Shown: positions 7,385 to 16,925 of the stretch, piece after piece
Numbering within the stretch: position 1 is the stretch's first letter
Layout of the letters: each line of letters begins with the position of its first letter
Sequence record: NZ_CP016173.1
Source: a plasmid
DNA: 64,000 nucleotides
Direction: 5' to 3' (one strand)
Position numbers and translations under genes: made by a program
Notes under the pieces: generated by a model
What the model was told of the DNA's origin: nothing
Seen by the model: the letters and a program-made list of their open reading frames with translations, nothing else
The model's database searches: none

Positions 7385-10300
7385 ATGATCTCATCAAGAC
7401 GAACGAACGTATCGAGAGCGTCGCCCGGTTTCAGTCTTTGCAAGCGGGCCAGTATTGGCGCGCCCTCGACACGATAGCCCACGAGGGCATTGACAAGGGA
7501 ACGGTGCTGCTCATCCAGTCTATCCGCTGGATCGAGGACAAACCACACACTGTCGTCTTGCGGGCGCACCCTACCAAAATCGGCTTGCAGACCACGGTGA
7601 AATTCATCGACGCCGACGGCGTGGAGCAAGAGCGTTGGCTGCGCTACGACGAGCATCGCTTCCTCCTGAAGGAGTTCCTTGACCGATTCGAGCACGAGCC
7701 CGATCACCAACGAGTGCGCACTGCGGAAATTCAAGAAGTGCAAGGCCGCATCGGCGCCCTGCAGACTGAGCTGCTGCAAGCGCAGTCCGACCCGACTGTG
7801 CTTGCCCGAGTCGTGCAGGATCAACTCAATGCGCAACCTGCACTATCCAACACAGCCATTGCCGACATGGCAGTCATACCGACTAGCACATCGCACACTG
7901 ATCCGGAGCTTGCAGGCGTCGTTACCGGAACCGTGGCCGACGCCATCGGCGCGGGGATCACCCCTGACTCGATCGATGCGCTCAGGCAAGCGGCCGGTCG
8001 TGAGCACCAAATCGCGACGATTAAAGCCCAGTGGATCCAAGGGAAAACTGCCGAGATCGCCGCGACGATCAAGGCCATTACGCCCTTCTATGAAGAGCAA
8101 GCTGCCGCCGCGCTGGCGCAGACCGAAGATGTCCGCACCTACGTCGCCCAGTTGATGGAGGGCATTGAATCCCTCGACCTGTATGTGGGCAAGGGCGTGG
8201 AAGTGACCACAATCCGCGAGGGCCAAGCGGCGCCGAGAGCGGTGCCCCTGACGTTTGTCCAGAAGAAACTCATGATGGACGAAGAGCTCGCCGTGTGGGC
8301 CGACATCGATGAGTGGTTCGACTTTTCCAAGGAGTCTTTGTTCTTCGACGCACTGCGAAACCACGATGACCTGGTGCGTCAAATCTTCCCGACTGAGCGT
8401 TGTGTCCTCGTGATGGCAACCACCCGACGCTATATAGACTATGGGGACACCTGGGCCAACAATGTTCGAAACAAGGAGAGCCACAACGTCTTCCTGATGA
8501 TCCGCAACGGCATGAACATCCATCGGGTCTTTTCGCCGGTAGAAAGCCACTTGGGAAGCGCTCGATTGTTCCCCTCGCGCGACGATCAGGAACGGATCTT
8601 CCGTGGCCTGGACGGTAGCCAAATCAAGTTCGAGGACGTAGCCTACTCCGATCGGCATGCAGCGCACGAGCGGTTCGCATTGCACTACAAGCGATTCCTA
8701 CTTTTGGCATGTGGGCTGGATCATCGGCTCAAGTTGTTCGGCGACTTCTACGAAGGCCCTCCCAATCTGGATTTTGTTTCGCAACGGTTCCAGGAGCTGT
8801 ATTGCCGCTTTCTGCATGACGACGATGGCTCGGGCATGCTGCCGGGTGAAGCGCGCATGCCCCTACAGGAGTGGATCAACGAGAAAAACGCCTTTCTTCG
8901 GTCGGGCTCGCGCGTTCTATGCAATTGGGCAGAAGTGATGAACCCTTCGACGGCCCCGGCCGCGTGCAAGCCCTACGGCAACCACGACCGATTCGAGCGC
9001 CGTTACCGCCCCGCCGAGGGCATGGGCGTCGCCATCGCGTATCGGAGCGCGCAGTCATTATGCGTGGATGTTCAGGTTGCTGGGCATACGGCCAGCTATG
9101 ACGATCGCACATTCAATTGCAAGGTCAACCTGACGAAATTTTCGAACGGCCATTGGGCCTATACGGACCTGCCCTACCTCTGCCTGGACGCCGTACAGCC
9201 CGAAGATCTGCACTGGTACATCCATAACCGCGACACGCGTCAAGACCACCTCTCTTACATTCGATTCTTCAAGCATGCGTTGAAGTTCCTGCAGAACGAA
9301 CTGGCGCGTGAGCGAGATACTCGGCAGCGCCTAGCTCAAGCGCTACATGATGGCGCTATCGCGTCGGGCGAGGAAGCTTCCGCGATCGTCCAACAATCCG
9401 TCATCGCCTGGCGCGCGGCGCACCGTGGCAAGCCGCTGCCTCAATTTCACGATGGAGCGTCATCCGGCGCCTGGAAGTCCCTGCTCGACCAGATGTACAT
9501 GCTTGCGGGTGAAGGTAAGCGCCAGGCCACGGAAGTCGCTCATTTTGTCGCCATGCTGGGCTACCAGCCACTGCGTCTTACCCTGTCGGGCGCCGCCAAG
9601 CTGGTCATATACGCGGCCCCCATACAGTCCGAGATGGATGATCGCCTTGAACCTCACCTATGGGTGCATCGAATCTCCGTACAGCGCGGCAAGACCGGGT
9701 ACACGGAAAAGTCACGCGGATGGGCAATATTGCCTCAAGCGCTGGCGTCCGAAACGACGATCCACCAGTGGCCGGAGGCCGAAGCCTGGATTGGCAAGAC
9801 ATCCATCTTCCAGTCTTTCGAGAATAAACAGGCCTTGTTCGCTACCGTAAGGGGTTCCACTGCTCGATTGCGCCCCTTCTCGAAAACCATGGATCCAGCC
9901 ACGCATGCCCGCGAACTTTCTTTGTGGGGGGACTTACGTAGGGAACTGCTCGCCGCTGATAAGAAGTACGTACTCAATCCGGATTTCGCCGTGCCATTCG
10001 GTCTGGTCTACTATCCCCGCAGCAAACAACTCGGCTTTCTGTGTGTTGGTACATGGAAGCCTCACACCGTTTTGCACCGCCTTGCCCCTGACGAGGCTTC
10101 GCGCGCACACGTGCACGCAAGCTACTTGCGGCCCTATGCCAATAAGGAAGCGGCCTCGGAAAGGCTGACCGACGATGACCCTTATCCGTGGTCCCTCATA
10201 GAGGCCGCTGTTCCGTTCACTGGCGCCCTCCATCAAAACTATGTGCACAGCAAGGTGGGCGCCAGGCTGATGACGGCCAACGGCCGCAGCCCGATCAAGC

Positions 10301-10743
10301 CGCTGTTGCAACAGTGGTTCGTCGGATGGAAGGCTGATGCAGCCAAGGCCGGAGCGCGCTACTGGATTTCGGAAGAAGCGATCTCTGAAAACGGAGAGCT
10401 CGTCTTTGACGAACTGTTGGGTATGAAACTGCCGGTAGACTACGAGCCCGTCACGGTGAAGGAGATCGAACTCCATGGCAGCGACCCACACACCACTATC
10501 AGCCATTGGTTTGACATCTGTCCCATCGGAACCGAAAGCGAGGCGCTATTGATTGGCGCTCAATACACGGGGTATAGCAGTCGCGAGCACATGGCCCATT
10601 CTCTGGCCGAAGCTCGGACCTTCATACAATCGCAAGCCACAGCCCATGGCGCGATCGCATTCCGCGAGACGAACGTGCCTGACGCGGCGCCGCCACCGCT
10701 CGGCATCGAACGATGGTTCGTTTCCTCTAACGCCCAAAAATAG
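7381..10743 (+). CDS. large uncharacterised protein (1120 aa)
   Basis: Long ORF with balanced amino-acid composition. AGGAAG RBS. Last gene of the 5579..10743 operon. No catalytic motif recognised by eye. Confidence 0.8.
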   Translation: MNDLIKTNERIESVARFQSLQAGQYWRALDTIAHEGIDKGTVLLIQSIRWIEDKPHTVVLRAHPTKIGLQTTVKFIDADGVEQERWLRYDEHRFLLKEFLDRFEHEPDHQRVRTAEIQEVQGRIGALQTELLQAQSDPTVLARVVQDQLNAQPALSNTAIADMAVIPTSTSHTDPELAGVVTGTVADAIGAGITPDSIDALRQAAGREHQIATIKAQWIQGKTAEIAATIKAITPFYEEQAAAALAQTEDVRTYVAQLMEGIESLDLYVGKGVEVTTIREGQAAPRAVPLTFVQKKLMMDEELAVWADIDEWFDFSKESLFFDALRNHDDLVRQIFPTERCVLVMATTRRYIDYGDTWANNVRNKESHNVFLMIRNGMNIHRVFSPVESHLGSARLFPSRDDQERIFRGLDGSQIKFEDVAYSDRHAAHERFALHYKRFLLLACGLDHRLKLFGDFYEGPPNLDFVSQRFQELYCRFLHDDDGSGMLPGEARMPLQEWINEKNAFLRSGSRVLCNWAEVMNPSTAPAACKPYGNHDRFERRYRPAEGMGVAIAYRSAQSLCVDVQVAGHTASYDDRTFNCKVNLTKFSNGHWAYTDLPYLCLDAVQPEDLHWYIHNRDTRQDHLSYIRFFKHALKFLQNELARERDTRQRLAQALHDGAIASGEEASAIVQQSVIAWRAAHRGKPLPQFHDGASSGAWKSLLDQMYMLAGEGKRQATEVAHFVAMLGYQPLRLTLSGAAKLVIYAAPIQSEMDDRLEPHLWVHRISVQRGKTGYTEKSRGWAILPQALASETTIHQWPEAEAWIGKTSIFQSFENKQALFATVRGSTARLRPFSKTMDPATHARELSLWGDLRRELLAADKKYVLNPDFAVPFGLVYYPRSKQLGFLCVGTWKPHTVLHRLAPDEASRAHVHASYLRPYANKEAASERLTDDDPYPWSLIEAAVPFTGALHQNYVHSKVGARLMTANGRSPIKPLLQQWFVGWKADAAKAGARYWISEEAISENGELVFDELLGMKLPVDYEPVTVKEIELHGSDPHTTISHWFDICPIGTESEALLIGAQYTGYSSREHMAHSLAEARTFIQSQATAHGAIAFRETNVPDAAPPPLGIERWFVSSNAQK

Positions 10744-10778
10744 CACTACACAAGCAAAGTTCCTCATAAAGAAAACCG

Positions 10779-11024
10779 ATGAAAGTCGATCGAAACTTCA
10801 ACAAGCGTTCCGCACCGCTAATCGATTGTGGCCCGCTAATCAAACATGGCCGAGGTGATGCCCTAGGCATCTGTGTCACGTTGATCCCCTCGGCTGACCA
10901 GGTAGACCGGGTGGATATCGGTGATCTTCGAATGCACATGACCCCAGCCGATGCCATTCAATTTGGCCTGGATCTGATCGCTGCTGGCCGCGATCGCCTC
11001 AAGGCCATTGGGAAGCTCGAATGA
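10779..11024 (+). CDS. small hypothetical protein upstream of kfrA-like gene (81 aa)
   Basis: Stop overlaps the kfrA-like ATG (ATGA). Weak RBS. Contains two CCGCTAATC direct repeats, which may instead be regulatory DNA. Confidence 0.3.
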   Translation: MKVDRNFNKRSAPLIDCGPLIKHGRGDALGICVTLIPSADQVDRVDIGDLRMHMTPADAIQFGLDLIAAGRDRLKAIGKLE

Positions 11025-12019
11025 TCGACCTGAATGAAGTTTCCACCTCCCTGGCTGCGACGGCAGGGTGGGACAAGATGAGCGCCTACGAGCGCGCAAA
11101 GCTCGCCTGCGGCGCGCTGACGCGCGCGGGCGCTGCTGTTCCAAGCTGGACGACCATCCGCGACATCATAGGCAAAGGTAGCGCCGGGGACATCAATCGG
11201 GCCAAGAAAGACTTTCGTCTTGAGCACGCGGATACGCTGCGCAAACTGGAAGGGTTCTCTGCCGATGGGGTTCCGCAGTCCCTTACGCCCTATGTCGTCG
11301 GCTTATGGCGTGAAGCCATCTCGCACGCGCAACGCGCGTTTGCCGACAAGGAGCGAGTATGGGAAGAGGAAGTCGAGCAGGCCGTGGCGGGACATCAGCA
11401 CGCTGAAGCGGAGCTTGAGCGCGCCCAGGCCGCAGCGCATGCAATGCAGGCAAAAATCGATGGCCTGGAGCAAGCGCGCCTCGCCCTGCAGGAGCAGTTG
11501 CAATCGGAACAAGCAGCTCGCATTCAGGCCGAGAAAATGATTGACCAGATCCGCGCCGACCTGGTTGGACAGCGCAATCGCCTTGATGCCGCACTGGCGA
11601 ATGCGCAAACTGAGCTGGGGAAAGCCATCACCAGGCTCGAAGCGACTGAGAAACGGTCGATGATGGAAATCGAGCGAGCGCGGCAGGATGCCGCGCAGAA
11701 AATCGCAGACGCGAATGCTCGCCTGAAGGGTGAGCAGGACAAGTTGCTGTTGGAAACGACGCGCCTCTCCAAGCAGCTCCAGGACGGTCGTGACAACGCC
11801 AAGCGCATACAAGACCGGAACATCGTGCTTGAACGAGAGAACCGCACGCTTATTGACCGCGCCCAGCGAGCTGAGGCGCGCGCCAATGACCTGCAGGAAC
11901 AGAACGCAAAACTACTTGCCAAACTAGGAAAGCCGGAGTTCGGCAGCGGCCGGGGAATCGTGAGAAGGCTCCGTCGCAAGAAAGGACAGCGCGCCCTCCC
12001 CGGCACCAACCGTAGCTAA
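11021..12019 (+). CDS. kfrA: KfrA-like protein (N-terminal DNA-binding helix domain + long coiled-coil)
   Basis: 332 aa. The N-terminus (…SWTTIRDIIGKGSAGDINRAKKDFR…) resembles the KfrA_N DNA-binding domain. The remainder is >200 aa of Ala/Gln/Glu/Arg coiled-coil, as in plasmid KfrA proteins. Confidence 0.6.
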   Translation: MIDLNEVSTSLAATAGWDKMSAYERAKLACGALTRAGAAVPSWTTIRDIIGKGSAGDINRAKKDFRLEHADTLRKLEGFSADGVPQSLTPYVVGLWREAISHAQRAFADKERVWEEEVEQAVAGHQHAEAELERAQAAAHAMQAKIDGLEQARLALQEQLQSEQAARIQAEKMIDQIRADLVGQRNRLDAALANAQTELGKAITRLEATEKRSMMEIERARQDAAQKIADANARLKGEQDKLLLETTRLSKQLQDGRDNAKRIQDRNIVLERENRTLIDRAQRAEARANDLQEQNAKLLAKLGKPEFGSGRGIVRRLRRKKGQRALPGTNRS

Positions 12020-12078
12020 CTTACAGCGCACCCATCGGCGAGCGCCGCGCTGGATGCAGCATGGTGTTTTCCGTCCTG

Positions 12079-12591
12079 TTAGGCCGATACCGCTCGGGCC
12101 ACCGCGTCACGGTTCTCGGCGACGAACGCGTGAACTTGGCCCCTTACTTCCGTATCGGAGAATCCCCATGCGAGGCCCTGTCCAATCACATTGGCGGGTA
12201 GCATCATGAACAGGATGCGTCGTTGCTCAACGGTCGGATCAGAGGCGATTCCGGCCGCGCTGAGTGCATCGGACAAGGCGTATAAATCTGAATCCGACTC
12301 GTCCGTGTTGACCCAATATGCCTTGCGGACCGCATCGAGCCGCTGGGCGTCGCGACGATCCTCTTCCTCCTGCCGCATACGTGCACGCTCCTTCTGTTCG
12401 GGAGTCGGTTCCAGTCGACGTTCAAGCTCTTCATAGGAGATTCCAAGTCTGTCCGCCTCCGCTTGCAGCAGTTGGCTCCTCCCCTTGCCCGTCGGCCCGA
12501 TGATCATGAAGTGCTGGGGGCCATGCCCGATGATCATGAAGTGCTGGGGGCCATCACCCTCGTTCATAGCAGCCCAAGTTGGGGTGTTCAT
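12079..12591 (-). CDS. hypothetical protein with internal 10-aa tandem duplication (170 aa)
   Basis: ATG at 12591 with an AAGGAA RBS. Sequence GPQHFMIIGH-GPQHFMIIG-PTGKGRS. The GPTGKGRS stretch is only Walker-A-like (GxxGKGxS), not canonical. Confidence 0.6.
   Translation of the reverse strand: MNTPTWAAMNEGDGPQHFMIIGHGPQHFMIIGPTGKGRSQLLQAEADRLGISYEELERRLEPTPEQKERARMRQEEEDRRDAQRLDAVRKAYWVNTDESDSDLYALSDALSAAGIASDPTVEQRRILFMMLPANVIGQGLAWGFSDTEVRGQVHAFVAENRDAVARAVSA
12496..12555. repeat. perfect-but-one 30-bp in-frame tandem duplication (2 units) inside the 12079..12591 gene
   Basis: Unit cccgatgatcatgaagtgctgggggccatg at 12496..12525 is repeated at 12526..12555 with 29/30 identity. Confidence 0.8.
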
Positions 12592-12642
12592 ACGTGTTTC
12601 GTTCCTTGGTTTCCGAGCTGGTTAAGCTGCCACCTTTGTATC

Positions 12643-13053
12643 TCACCACCCTAATGGGTATGCCGGAAAGGTCACCCAAAAGGAAAGGGTCATATTGCTT
12701 TCCGGCTCCTTCGCCCAGATATAGATCCCCGCCTCGTCGATATAAAACACCGGCTGGCCCTCGATCTCCCCGATCTTGGCCGTGTGCGCCTTATAGCGCG
12801 GCGCATTGATCACTTCACCGATCTTGGCGCCCCACTCCTCCGAGACCGCCCATTTCAACAGCGATTCACGCGTCTCGTCGGCAATGACATAAGACTTATC
12901 CAGGGCTCGCACGGTCCCCTCGACGGTGCATCCGCGATGGCGATAGAACTCCCATTGCTCGTCCGGCATAGCGGTCAAATGAGCCAGCACGATGGCGCTG
13001 AACTGCGGAAGGTACGGCTGAAGGTTGAGGCTGTCCATAGTGGCGCCCGTCAC
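12643..13053 (-). CDS. hypothetical protein (136 aa)
   Basis: ATGA overlap with the stop of the upstream lipoprotein gene. No motif recognised. Confidence 0.55.
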   Translation of the reverse strand: MTGATMDSLNLQPYLPQFSAIVLAHLTAMPDEQWEFYRHRGCTVEGTVRALDKSYVIADETRESLLKWAVSEEWGAKIGEVINAPRYKAHTAKIGEIEGQPVFYIDEAGIYIWAKEPESNMTLSFWVTFPAYPLGW

Positions 13054-13238
13054 TTGATCATGCTCTTGACGGCGTTCTTGCGCGCGAGATCGGCATTGTG
13101 CTTTTCAAGTGCGGCCTGGTCAGCATTCGGCTGGCTGCTGGCAGCAGCTTTTTCATCGTTGCACCCGGAAAGAAGCGAACTGGATATCACGATCGCGGTG
13201 CACAGCAGGACGCGGCACAGAATGGCATTGGGCATGAT
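13050..13238 (-). CDS. small lipoprotein (lipobox LLSGC)
   Basis: ORF 13050..13463 trimmed to MPNAILCRVLLCTAIVISSSLLSGCNDEK…. Signal peptide plus lipobox cysteine. Confidence 0.5.
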   Translation of the reverse strand: MMPNAILCRVLLCTAIVISSSLLSGCNDEKAAASSQPNADQAALEKHNADLARKNAVKSMIK

Positions 13239-13567
13239 TCCCTCCACTAAAAAGTTGACGACATACGTACTATAGTCCACAATCCTCGCATCGCAAAACG
13301 TGTTTTCTGATGGGTATACCTTGTGCTGGACACAGAAATCGAAGATCGCTGCAAGTCTGTACAAAGTGGGTGGCTTGAAGCCCTCATCGCCACCACTAAA
13401 AAGGACTGGCAGAGCTCTCTGCCGAGCTCGCATACGGCAATGCCGGCGCAAGCTGCTTTTCATCCCACTACACGCCGCAGTAGCCGCGCACGCACCCTTG
13501 AGGCCGAGCTTGTCCGCTAGGCAGATCCCAAAACCCTGCGCCGTGTAGCGGCGGCTGCTTTCCCCGG

Positions 13568-14143
13568 ATGTACAAGAGCCTCATGAATTTTCCCTGCAAT
13601 TTTCTCGTTGTGGCCCTCATTTCCATGCAGGGCGTGGCGCAGGCGCGCCCCGACGCCCAAGACCCCCAAACCAGCAGAGGTCAGTTGGAAATGGCCCTGT
13701 CCTGCCATGGCGGTGCACAGCCTCACGAGCTGATCAGTTGGATATCGAACTTGGGCGGAGGGCCCATCATGGATTCCGCTCGCTCTACCACCGGAGCGGA
13801 GTACACAATACCCAATCCCGTCTACGTCCTTGGCTTCCCCGCGACGCGGTTCAATATCCGGTCCTTTCGTGGGCAGGACCGGGATTTCGCTGTCTACGAA
13901 ACGGTCTTCACAGACAAATCATTCAGGTCGATCGCAAGCATCGCGGGGCTTTCTCCCGATGTGGCGGGCAACTATGAGCGAAGGGTCGGGAACAACCACC
14001 TCTTCCTGCGGCAGCAGGGCGACGTCACATACGTGACGTGCGCGATGGGAGTGCATGGCCCCGGGCTCGCCCAAGCGCTGCATGCGCCCGAAACCGATGC
14101 TCCGCTCAGCAATATGGAGAGTCAGGATGCAGAGCCCCGGTGA
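13568..14143 (+). CDS. secreted hypothetical protein (signal peptide, 191 aa)
   Basis: N-terminal FLVVALISMQGVAQA followed by mature protein. Divergent from the lipoprotein gene. Confidence 0.55.
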   Translation: MYKSLMNFPCNFLVVALISMQGVAQARPDAQDPQTSRGQLEMALSCHGGAQPHELISWISNLGGGPIMDSARSTTGAEYTIPNPVYVLGFPATRFNIRSFRGQDRDFAVYETVFTDKSFRSIASIAGLSPDVAGNYERRVGNNHLFLRQQGDVTYVTCAMGVHGPGLAQALHAPETDAPLSNMESQDAEPR

Positions 14144-14474
14144 GCTGAGCATCGACACGCTCAGCGCTATCCGAGAGGTCAACCTCTCATACCTGTTGGT
14201 GGCAAAGCACCTGCTGCGGGACAATCGCGCGAGCGCGATGTTTCGCCTGGGGCTGGATGAAGAGACCGCACAAATTCTGCTCGCATTGACTCCAGCTCAG
14301 ACTGTCCAAATCGCGAGTGCAGGTAGCCTGCTGTGCGGTTTCCGCTTGAATGAAGCGAACCTTCGAGCGCTCGGGCTGGATGAAAGTCGCCCCGCCGCGC
14401 GAGTCGCTGGTCATTACCTCCACCACGTGACCATACTGCTTGCCAAACAGGCGCTGGCCGGCGAAACGCGGTAA
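14127..14474 (+). CDS. hypothetical protein (115 aa)
   Basis: ORF 14055..14474 trimmed to MQSPGELSIDTLSAIREV… with a GGAG RBS. 17-nt overlap with the previous gene. Confidence 0.45.
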   Translation: MQSPGELSIDTLSAIREVNLSYLLVAKHLLRDNRASAMFRLGLDEETAQILLALTPAQTVQIASAGSLLCGFRLNEANLRALGLDESRPAARVAGHYLHHVTILLAKQALAGETR

Positions 14475-14500
14475 AAACTTGGGTCCACAAGGAGGTATCC

Positions 14501-15196
14501 ATGGGGGTCAACAATAGCGGTAGTGCGCGCTGCCAATTCTGCGGCGCGGAGTACCGACTGTTCACCATCTTCAATCGGGATATGCAAGGCCTATGCAAGG
14601 CATGGCGCCGCAGACATGAACGCGCGTGCAGCAGCCGCACCCCGGCCCAGCGCCGAAAATGGGCCAGGCCATACATCGGTAAAGGTATGACCGAGAGCAG
14701 TTTGACTGTGGATCTGAAGCACCCGGGTTTCCTTGAAAGCACTGCCGAAACTCCTACCGAAAGAAACCAGGTGAGCAAAGCGCGCGGTAAGCCCGCGATC
14801 GTCGCTATCACGCCGGCAGGTGCCGACCACCAAGTGGTGACGGTGCAGGGCGGGCAAATGCTATATCGGCGTACACCGTGCTCGGATTGCCCGTGGCGCG
14901 TAGACGCCACAGGTGAATTCCCCCCCGAAGCCTTTCGGCACTCCGCCACGACCGCATATGACATGGCGTCAAACACCTTCGCGTGCCATCAATCAGGTGC
15001 CAAGAAGCCTGCCATCTGTGCAGGCTTCCTATTGCGGGGCGCAGACCACAATCTGCGTGTTCGCGTCGCTCGAATCAAAGGCGAGATTCGCGATGACGTA
15101 ACGGATGGTGGCCATGAGCTCCATGAAAGCTACAGAGACATGGCCGTCGCCAACGGCGTCGATGAAGACGACCCTATACTGAGACCCTGCAGGTAA
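14501..15196 (+). CDS. Cys-rich hypothetical protein (231 aa)
   Basis: Perfect AGGAGG RBS. N-terminal CQFCGAEY…CKAWRRRHERAC and further CSDCPW…C…C cysteines suggest metal binding. Confidence 0.6.
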   Translation: MGVNNSGSARCQFCGAEYRLFTIFNRDMQGLCKAWRRRHERACSSRTPAQRRKWARPYIGKGMTESSLTVDLKHPGFLESTAETPTERNQVSKARGKPAIVAITPAGADHQVVTVQGGQMLYRRTPCSDCPWRVDATGEFPPEAFRHSATTAYDMASNTFACHQSGAKKPAICAGFLLRGADHNLRVRVARIKGEIRDDVTDGGHELHESYRDMAVANGVDEDDPILRPCR

Positions 15197-15199
15197 TCC

Positions 15200-15397
15200 A
15201 TGATCGAAACCTGGAAGCAATATACCTGCGATGGGTGTGGCGAGACGGAACACTATCCAACGCCCAACGCCACAAACGCGGATGTCCGGCAGTACATGCG
15301 GCGTTATGGCTGGCAGAATCATGGACGCCTTGACTATTGTTCTAAATGCGTGAAAAACGGCAATGCCGCGCGCCGCGTTGATGACATGAACCATTGA
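15200..15397 (+). CDS. small zinc-ribbon protein (CDGCGE…CSKC), 65 aa
   Basis: CxxC…(36)…CxxC spacing. Immediately downstream of the 14501 gene. Confidence 0.5.
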   Translation: MIETWKQYTCDGCGETEHYPTPNATNADVRQYMRRYGWQNHGRLDYCSKCVKNGNAARRVDDMNH

Positions 15398-15408
15398 CGA
15401 GACACCAC

Positions 15409-15813
15409 ATGATCCAGGACGAGTTCCCCAAACCCGCGACAGCCAGCACCTTGGACCCCAGCCATGTCCGCATAACTGAGGTCAGCCAAGACCTTGCTCA
15501 GCTGCGAGCAGCCTACGATGAAACCCCACCGACAGAAGAAGAACGGACCGCGCTTCTGCGCCTGGTAAAGCACGCCCAGGGGAACACTGGTCAAAGCCGC
15601 CGCGTGGCAGACTTCCTTCTAGCGTGGTGGGATGCAGGCCGTTGTGGTGGTTTTGACATGACCAACCTGTGGGGCATAGACCGCGCCATCGCTCGTGACA
15701 TAGTGACTGTGTTCGGCCTCATCGCGAGGCTGGCGAAATACCCGGACCATATCGACCAAGCGCTGGAAGCCGAATTCCAGGCTATCTCCAAGACCTGGGG
15801 GCCAGACGCATGA
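15409..15813 (+). CDS. hypothetical protein (134 aa)
   Basis: ORF 15394..15813 begins with TTG. Trimmed to the first ATG (MIQDEFPKPATAS…). Confidence 0.45.
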   Translation: MIQDEFPKPATASTLDPSHVRITEVSQDLAQLRAAYDETPPTEEERTALLRLVKHAQGNTGQSRRVADFLLAWWDAGRCGGFDMTNLWGIDRAIARDIVTVFGLIARLAKYPDHIDQALEAEFQAISKTWGPDA

Positions 15814-16082
15814 TGTCTGGCCAGCAGTTTGAAGAACTGTCGCTGCCTGAACAAATCAAGGCAATGGGCGGCAACACTTATCTCGACGTTCGTCAGCTTG
15901 ATGATGGCACGATTGTCGGCTTGGGTAAGCTGCTATACACGACTGCCGTCTATATTGATATGTCGCTTTGGGGGTGGGCCCATAGGTACTGTTTCAAGGA
16001 CCGCGATCTCGCCATCGCGGAATACCGCAAGCTCAAAAACGGCGATGAAACGCCAACGGGCTGGATCGCACATCGCCCGTGA
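15810..16082 (+). CDS. hypothetical protein (90 aa)
   Basis: ATGA overlap with the previous stop. Confidence 0.5.
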   Translation: MMSGQQFEELSLPEQIKAMGGNTYLDVRQLDDGTIVGLGKLLYTTAVYIDMSLWGWAHRYCFKDRDLAIAEYRKLKNGDETPTGWIAHRP

Positions 16083-16142
16083 AGTCGCACCTCCTTAGGC
16101 ACGTTCCGTTCTACCTAAACCGCTGTTCAACCACCAACGATA

Positions 16143-16478
16143 ATGGACAAGAAGCTCAAGCAGATAGAAAGCGAAATCGCGAAACTGGAGGCGCAGAAAG
16201 AACGGCTTATCCGGAACAAAGCGATCCCAGCCATCATCGCCCAAATGCGCAACGCCGGCATCACGCCGCAGGATATCGCCAACGCCTGGGAGCCCTACGC
16301 CGCCAAGCGGACGCGCCAGGATGGGCGCATCCTCGCTACCAAAGCGGCTAAGAGGAAACGAACGCCCAAGTACCGGAATCCAGAGACAGGGGCTACCTGG
16401 AGCGGCATGGGCAAGCGCCCCTTTTGGTTGCGCGACGCCTTGACGGCGGGCCGCAGCCTTGAAGATTTCCTGGCCTGA
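16143..16478 (+). CDS. H-NS-like nucleoid-associated protein (xenogeneic silencer family)
   Basis: 111 aa. N-terminal coiled-coil (MDKKLKQIESEIAKLEAQKERL…) plus the C-terminal H-NS DNA-binding motif …KRKRTPKYRNPETGATWSGMGKRPFWL…. Confidence 0.8.
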   Translation: MDKKLKQIESEIAKLEAQKERLIRNKAIPAIIAQMRNAGITPQDIANAWEPYAAKRTRQDGRILATKAAKRKRTPKYRNPETGATWSGMGKRPFWLRDALTAGRSLEDFLA

Positions 16479-16520
16479 CCCAAGATCGGCTGCTCAACAG
16501 GCCCCGCCATAGCAGGTCAT

Positions 16521-16557
16521 GAAGAAAGCCCCTCGTCCAGCGTGCTGGGCGAGGGGC
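16521..16557 (-). terminator. terminator candidate at convergent junction (ArdC block / hns-like)
   Basis: Hairpin GCCCCTCG-N14-CGAGGGGC (16528..16557). It is followed by TTTCTTC on the minus strand. Confidence 0.4.
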
Positions 16558-16925
16558 CGACAAGCGGAGCGCGTCAGTGTTTGTATGACGCAAACCCGAC
16601 ATCCCTTTCGTTTTCCGTGCTGCTTTCAGACTGTCGGCGGAGCCGGTGGCTCTGGATCGCAGCAATGCGTTGGGTACTCCGAGCGCGCGTCTTCGAGCTT
16701 CGCACCGCCTTGGTAAAACCATTCGAAGTCGTCTCCGCTGTCCGCTATCGCCAGCCGAGGCTTTTCCCAAGTCGGTGCCCACACCCAAAGCACCCTTCCT
16801 GCAAACCACTCTTCCCCATCGTCAAACTCGCGCCATTCCGGTTGCATCACTTGCCTCTGCTCTTTGAAATATTCTCCGGTCTTCGTGCAGCGATTCGAGC
16901 GTGATACTAACCTGACCGGCCGGTT

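Noticed and set aside
12079-12591. P-loop NTPase call for the 170-aa protein based on 'IIGPTGKGRS'
   Set aside because: The motif is GxxGKGxS, not the canonical GxxxxGK[ST]. No Walker B is evident, so it is left as a hypothetical protein.
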